Program-made: the position numbers and the translations under genes
Notes under the pieces: generated by a model
Database searches by the model: none
The model's input: only the letters and a program-made list of their open reading frames with translations
What the model was told of the DNA's origin: nothing
Part shown: in pieces, positions 60,347-64,000 of the stretch
How the letters are laid out: every line of letters starts with the position of its first letter
How positions within the stretch are numbered: the stretch's first letter is position 1
Assembly: GCA_963753345.1 (NCBI GenBank)
Contig: CAVWBU010000035.1
Location: forward strand, 64,001-128,000
Reading direction: 5' to 3'
Source: an uncultured Fibrobacterota bacterium
GTDB taxonomy: Bacteria; Fibrobacterota; Chitinivibrionia; Chitinivibrionales; FEN-1185
DNA: 64,000 nucleotides

Positions 60347-60744
60347 CGTTTTGTTTCTCCCTTCAGCTCCTCGAGAACCTTCTTGTTGATGTTCAATTGC
60401 TCGTCATCGTCGGTCAGCTTTTGCCGTGCATCTTCAACAACGCGCTCGGTTCTCGCGAGCTCGTTTTTCGACAAAGCCAACCGATAGTAAATGATCGCCA
60501 ACTCCCAGGCCGCAAACGCATCCTCTTTCTGATTGTTTTGCTGCTGCACGAGGGCCGATGACACGAGCGAGTCCGCGCGCGTGATCTCGCCGGACTTGAG
60601 ATTGTTCTGATCGCAATAGCCTTTGAGCGCGGTCGCCTCGGCCATTGCCGCCCGCAGAATCATGGTGTAGCCCGTGTCGTCACAGCCGACCAGACAGAGA
60701 GCAACCCCCGCTGCTGCGATGCCCGCAAGGATTTTCTTTTTCAT
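60343..60744 (-). CDS. Helical lipoprotein, partner of the OmpA-family gene
   Basis: Lipobox LVGC; ATGA overlap with the OmpA gene. Confidence 0.75.
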   Translation of the reverse strand: MKKKILAGIAAAGVALCLVGCDDTGYTMILRAAMAEATALKGYCDQNNLKSGEITRADSLVSSALVQQQNNQKEDAFAAWELAIIYYRLALSKNELARTERVVEDARQKLTDDDEQLNINKKVLEELKGETKR

Positions 60745-60952
60745 GAGCAACCTCGTCTGAAAAGGGTGAATACAGAATGAAAAATATATAATCATGCCCC
60801 GCCGCAACGCAAAGCATTTTCCCGGGTCGACACCGACAGCCCCGTCCGCCGCCTTTGGAAAAACTGTGGACGCGCCAGTATTCCGCAGCGTATCTTTACA
60901 GAGGACGGCAGCGAAAACTCCAGGACTCACGGCTTGCATCAGGATAAGTTCC

Positions 60953-62044
60953 ATGAAAATTCCCGTCAAACTCGGCCTCAGGTCCTACCCGGTAATCCTC
61001 ACAAACCGGGCCTTTGATTCCTTTCCATCGCAGCTCAAAAAACGGTTTCCGGATTCCAGGTTCGCGTTTGTCACCAATGCCACCTTGGCGCGTTTGTATT
61101 GCCGGGTAATTTCGTCGTGGAAGAAAAAGCTTTCGTTCGAGATGCTCGCAATTCCTGACGGCGAAAGATATAAAACTGTTGAAACATGGAGTTCGGTGCT
61201 TGATTTCCTATTGAAATCACATTTAGACAGAAAATCGGTTGTTCTCGCCCTCGGCGGCGGCGTTGTGGGCGATATCGCGGGATTTGCCGCTGCGTCGTTT
61301 CTGCGCGGGGTGTCGTATGTCCAGATTCCTACCACGCTTCTCGCCATAGTTGATTCGAGCGTTGGCGGAAAGACGGGGGTGAATCACAGGCTCGGAAAGA
61401 ATCTTATCGGTGCGTTTTTCCAGCCATCCCTGGTCTGGATGGACATGGCATTCCTGAAAACGCTGCCGCGCAGGGAATTTGTCGCTGGCTACGCCGAGCT
61501 GTTCAAGTACGCGTTCATCGGCGGCAGAAGCATGTTCGACTTTGTGAAAAAACACCACCTGAGATTGCTGGAAGGCGAAAGGTCCGTTCTCACCAAGGGG
61601 ATCCGACGGGCCGTTGAAATCAAGGCGGCGGTGGTGGAAAGCGACGAAAAGGAAACGTCGGGACGGCGCGAGCTGCTCAATTTCGGCCATACCTTTGCCC
61701 ACGCCATCGAGCGGGTCGCCGGGTACAAGGGCATCCTGCACGGCGAGGCAGTGATGCTCGGCATCAAGTGCGCGTGCGACCTTGGCGTGCGCACGGGAAC
61801 GGTCCCGTCCTCCTGCTTTGCATTGTACGCCGCCATGACGCGCGGCCTGCCGAACATGCGCCTTCCCTTTGTGCCGCGACCGCAGGAGCTCTACGCCGCC
61901 ATGTTTACAGACAAGAAAGCACGCGCCGGAAAGCTCGTGTTCGTGCTGCCGGAAAAACCGGGCGAGTCGGTTTGTGTGCGGGACGTGAGGAAGGAACAGG
62001 TCCTTGCAACGCTGCGCAACGTTCTGGTGAACCCCGGCACGTGA
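60953..62044 (+). CDS. aroB: 3-dehydroquinate synthase
   Basis: GGGVVGD, PTTLLA, DSSVGGKTG, LNFGHT and HGEAV. Confidence 0.96.
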   Translation: MKIPVKLGLRSYPVILTNRAFDSFPSQLKKRFPDSRFAFVTNATLARLYCRVISSWKKKLSFEMLAIPDGERYKTVETWSSVLDFLLKSHLDRKSVVLALGGGVVGDIAGFAAASFLRGVSYVQIPTTLLAIVDSSVGGKTGVNHRLGKNLIGAFFQPSLVWMDMAFLKTLPRREFVAGYAELFKYAFIGGRSMFDFVKKHHLRLLEGERSVLTKGIRRAVEIKAAVVESDEKETSGRRELLNFGHTFAHAIERVAGYKGILHGEAVMLGIKCACDLGVRTGTVPSSCFALYAAMTRGLPNMRLPFVPRPQELYAAMFTDKKARAGKLVFVLPEKPGESVCVRDVRKEQVLATLRNVLVNPGT

Positions 62045-62050
62045 AGGCCG

Positions 62051-62287
62051 CTACAATTTCTTTAGCAGCTCTTCAACGGATTCGCACGTGTTAAGAGCGA
62101 TTTCGAGGTTGAGCAGGTCATCGTGATTGATGGCCGTCTCGCGGTTGGGCCTGCCTTCCAGGTACGGGATAGAACGAGCGAGCGACAGAGCATGCTCCTT
62201 CTCTTCGCTTGGTGTTTTTCGGTTTTCCAGTGATTTCCCCTTCACCTGCTTTTCTGCACGTTCATCAACACTAGTCGCTCCCAGCAT
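62051..62287 (-). CDS. Small hypothetical protein
   Basis: TAAGG RBS; plausible composition with a C-terminal INHDDLLNLEIALNT. Confidence 0.55.
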   Translation of the reverse strand: MLGATSVDERAEKQVKGKSLENRKTPSEEKEHALSLARSIPYLEGRPNRETAINHDDLLNLEIALNTCESVEELLKKL

Positions 62288-62550
62288 CCTTACGGTTCAA
62301 TTTCACCGGCTGATAACGGAATAGCCACTCACTCTGATATACGTGCGAAAAGGGGCGAAAATTGAAGAACCCCGGCCTAGGCAGCAGAGAAGAGAATAAT
62401 TAAATGCTGGTAGGGCCTCACCCTCATTCCAAGCTCGCGCGCTCGCTTTGAGCTAAAACCCGGCAAGGAAAGGGCAAAAGACCTAATAAATGGCGCGAAG
62501 CGCTACTACCTTACCCTTAAGAAATGAAATGACAAAATGCCTTTTATAAC

Positions 62551-62594
62551 AACCCCCGCGGCCATACGGCCGCTCTCCCCTTTGAAAGGGGGAG
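62551..62594 (-). repeat. Short palindromic repeat family D, copy 2
   Basis: CTCCCCTTTGAAAGGGGGAG hairpin with an adjacent GCGGCC..GGCCGC hairpin. Confidence 0.55.
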
Positions 62595-62824
62595 CACACT
62601 CTCCTTGCAAAGCAGCAATTGTGTGGAGTCAAGTGTTCTTGCCTTGCGTCTGTCTTGAGCAACTGCCCGTTCATGTTCGACATATTCGATCGGTATAGGA
62701 GCTCGTCACTATTGGCTGGGTTGGCGAGTTTTTGGGAAAAAAGCCCTCATTTCGCACCTCTACCGCGGTTATATTATCAACGAGTATTATAACCTTCCTT
62801 TCCACCGCTCAAAAAGGAACGAAA

Positions 62825-64000
62825 ATGTCATTCAAAATCATAACCATGATTCTATGCACGACGGCCATGGTGTTTTCCTCAAACGCCGCAATTGCAATAA
62901 CAGGAACGGTGACGGACCAGGCCACCCAAACCGGGATACAAGGCGCGGTGGTGAGCCTTGCCGCGGCAGGAATCACAACCGTGACCGACAGCAACGGGAA
63001 ATACTCTTTCAGCGACGGCGTTTCGGCAGGTGCCGTTCAAAAGCATGAAATGGCACTGGCAAAACCGGTTATTTCCAACAACCATCTTATATTCAACGTC
63101 GCTGGCAAGGCCTCACGCGTTTTTGTCGGCCTGTACACCTTTTCCGGAAGGCGCGTGCGAACGCTACTCGACAAGACCCTGGCAAAAGGAGATTACCGTC
63201 TCGATCTCCCTTTGGGCCAGGTCGCGTCCCAGCCTTGTGCGCTTCAGGTACGGCTTGGAAGCAACACCTCGGTCCTTCGGCTGCCCCTGCTTGGCGGAAT
63301 TGCGCAACGTGCGGAGACTGCCGCGAAAATCGGGCCCGCGGACCTGCAAGCCCCGTCCGCGAAAATCCTGGCTGCCACGGACACGATCCTGGCGTGGGCC
63401 GTCGGATACAACAACGCGAACCTGGGCATCGGCAATCTGACGGGCACCTACGACATCGCGCTGCAGCGGGCAGTTCCCGTCGGTCAAGTCCTTGTCCTGC
63501 AGAGTTCGCAAACCGACAATGTCGCGCAGGAACCCGCTCTCACTTTTGTCAACGACGACGGGTCGGCACTGCCCACCGTGACCGTGACCCCGTCCACCAC
63601 GTATCAAAGCATCGTTGGTTTTGGGGCGGCATTCACGGAAACGTCGGTCTTCAATTTAAACGGTATGGCCGCTGCGAAGAAAAACCAGATACTGAACGCA
63701 TTTTTCAATCCCTACACCGGGGCGGGCTACACGCTCTGCCGCGTCACCATCAACAGCTGCGATTTTTCCCTTGCAAGCTACTCGTACGACGACGCGGCCG
63801 GCGACTACAACCTTGACAATTTCGACATCTCGCACGACAAGAAATGGATGATACCGGCCATCAAGGCGGCGCTCGTGGTTCCCGGTTCAAATTTCAAACT
63901 TTTCGGCTCGCCCTGGTCGCCGCCGGCGTGGATGAAAAGCAACGGCACCATGGTCAACGGCGGCCAGCTCAAATCGGACTGCTTCGCCGCCTGGGCGCTC
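62825..64000 (+). CDS. Secreted glycoside hydrolase family 30 protein, runs off the right edge
   Basis: Manual translation: signal peptide, N-terminal beta domains, then YQSIVGFGAAFTE, CRVTINSCDFS and SPWSPPAWMK. Confidence 0.9.
   Translation, partial: MSFKIITMILCTTAMVFSSNAAIAITGTVTDQATQTGIQGAVVSLAAAGITTVTDSNGKYSFSDGVSAGAVQKHEMALAKPVISNNHLIFNVAGKASRVFVGLYTFSGRRVRTLLDKTLAKGDYRLDLPLGQVASQPCALQVRLGSNTSVLRLPLLGGIAQRAETAAKIGPADLQAPSAKILAATDTILAWAVGYNNANLGIGNLTGTYDIALQRAVPVGQVLVLQSSQTDNVAQEPALTFVNDDGSALPTVTVTPSTTYQSIVGFGAAFTETSVFNLNGMAAAKKNQILNAFFNPYTGAGYTLCRVTINSCDFSLASYSYDDAAGDYNLDNFDISHDKKWMIPAIKAALVVPGSNFKLFGSPWSPPAWMKSNGTMVNGGQLKSDCFAAWAL

Overview
A GC-rich bacterial chromosome segment. The style of the secreted proteins and a group II GGGP synthase suggest an FCB-group/Fibrobacterota-like organism (inference only). 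Housekeeping content: queD-queE-queC, relA/spoT, prs, a polyphosphate operon (ppx-ppk1 plus an HD-CHAD-SixA fusion), alaS, recA, adk, leuC-leuD, aroE/aroA/aroB, two diguanylate cyclases and several secreted proteins. There is a complete type I-C CRISPR-Cas locus (cas3-cas5c-cas8c-cas7-cas4-cas1-cas2). It is interrupted by a YhcG/DUF1016 nuclease gene and a repeat-flanked DUF559 endonuclease gene. Its 7-repeat array has very uneven spacers (29, 23, 38, 39, 52 and 44 bp). An AmmeMemoRadiSam operon carries apparent export signals on all three proteins. Most long intergenic regions hold modular palindromic repeats. Family A (8 copies) and family B (7 copies) join in a fixed geometry into a 360-510 bp composite element four times, and family A hairpins are capped by C(GNA)G triloops, which points to single-stranded DNA function. 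Small frameshifts in six genes, including essential alaS and adk, indicate residual long-read indel errors rather than true pseudogenes.
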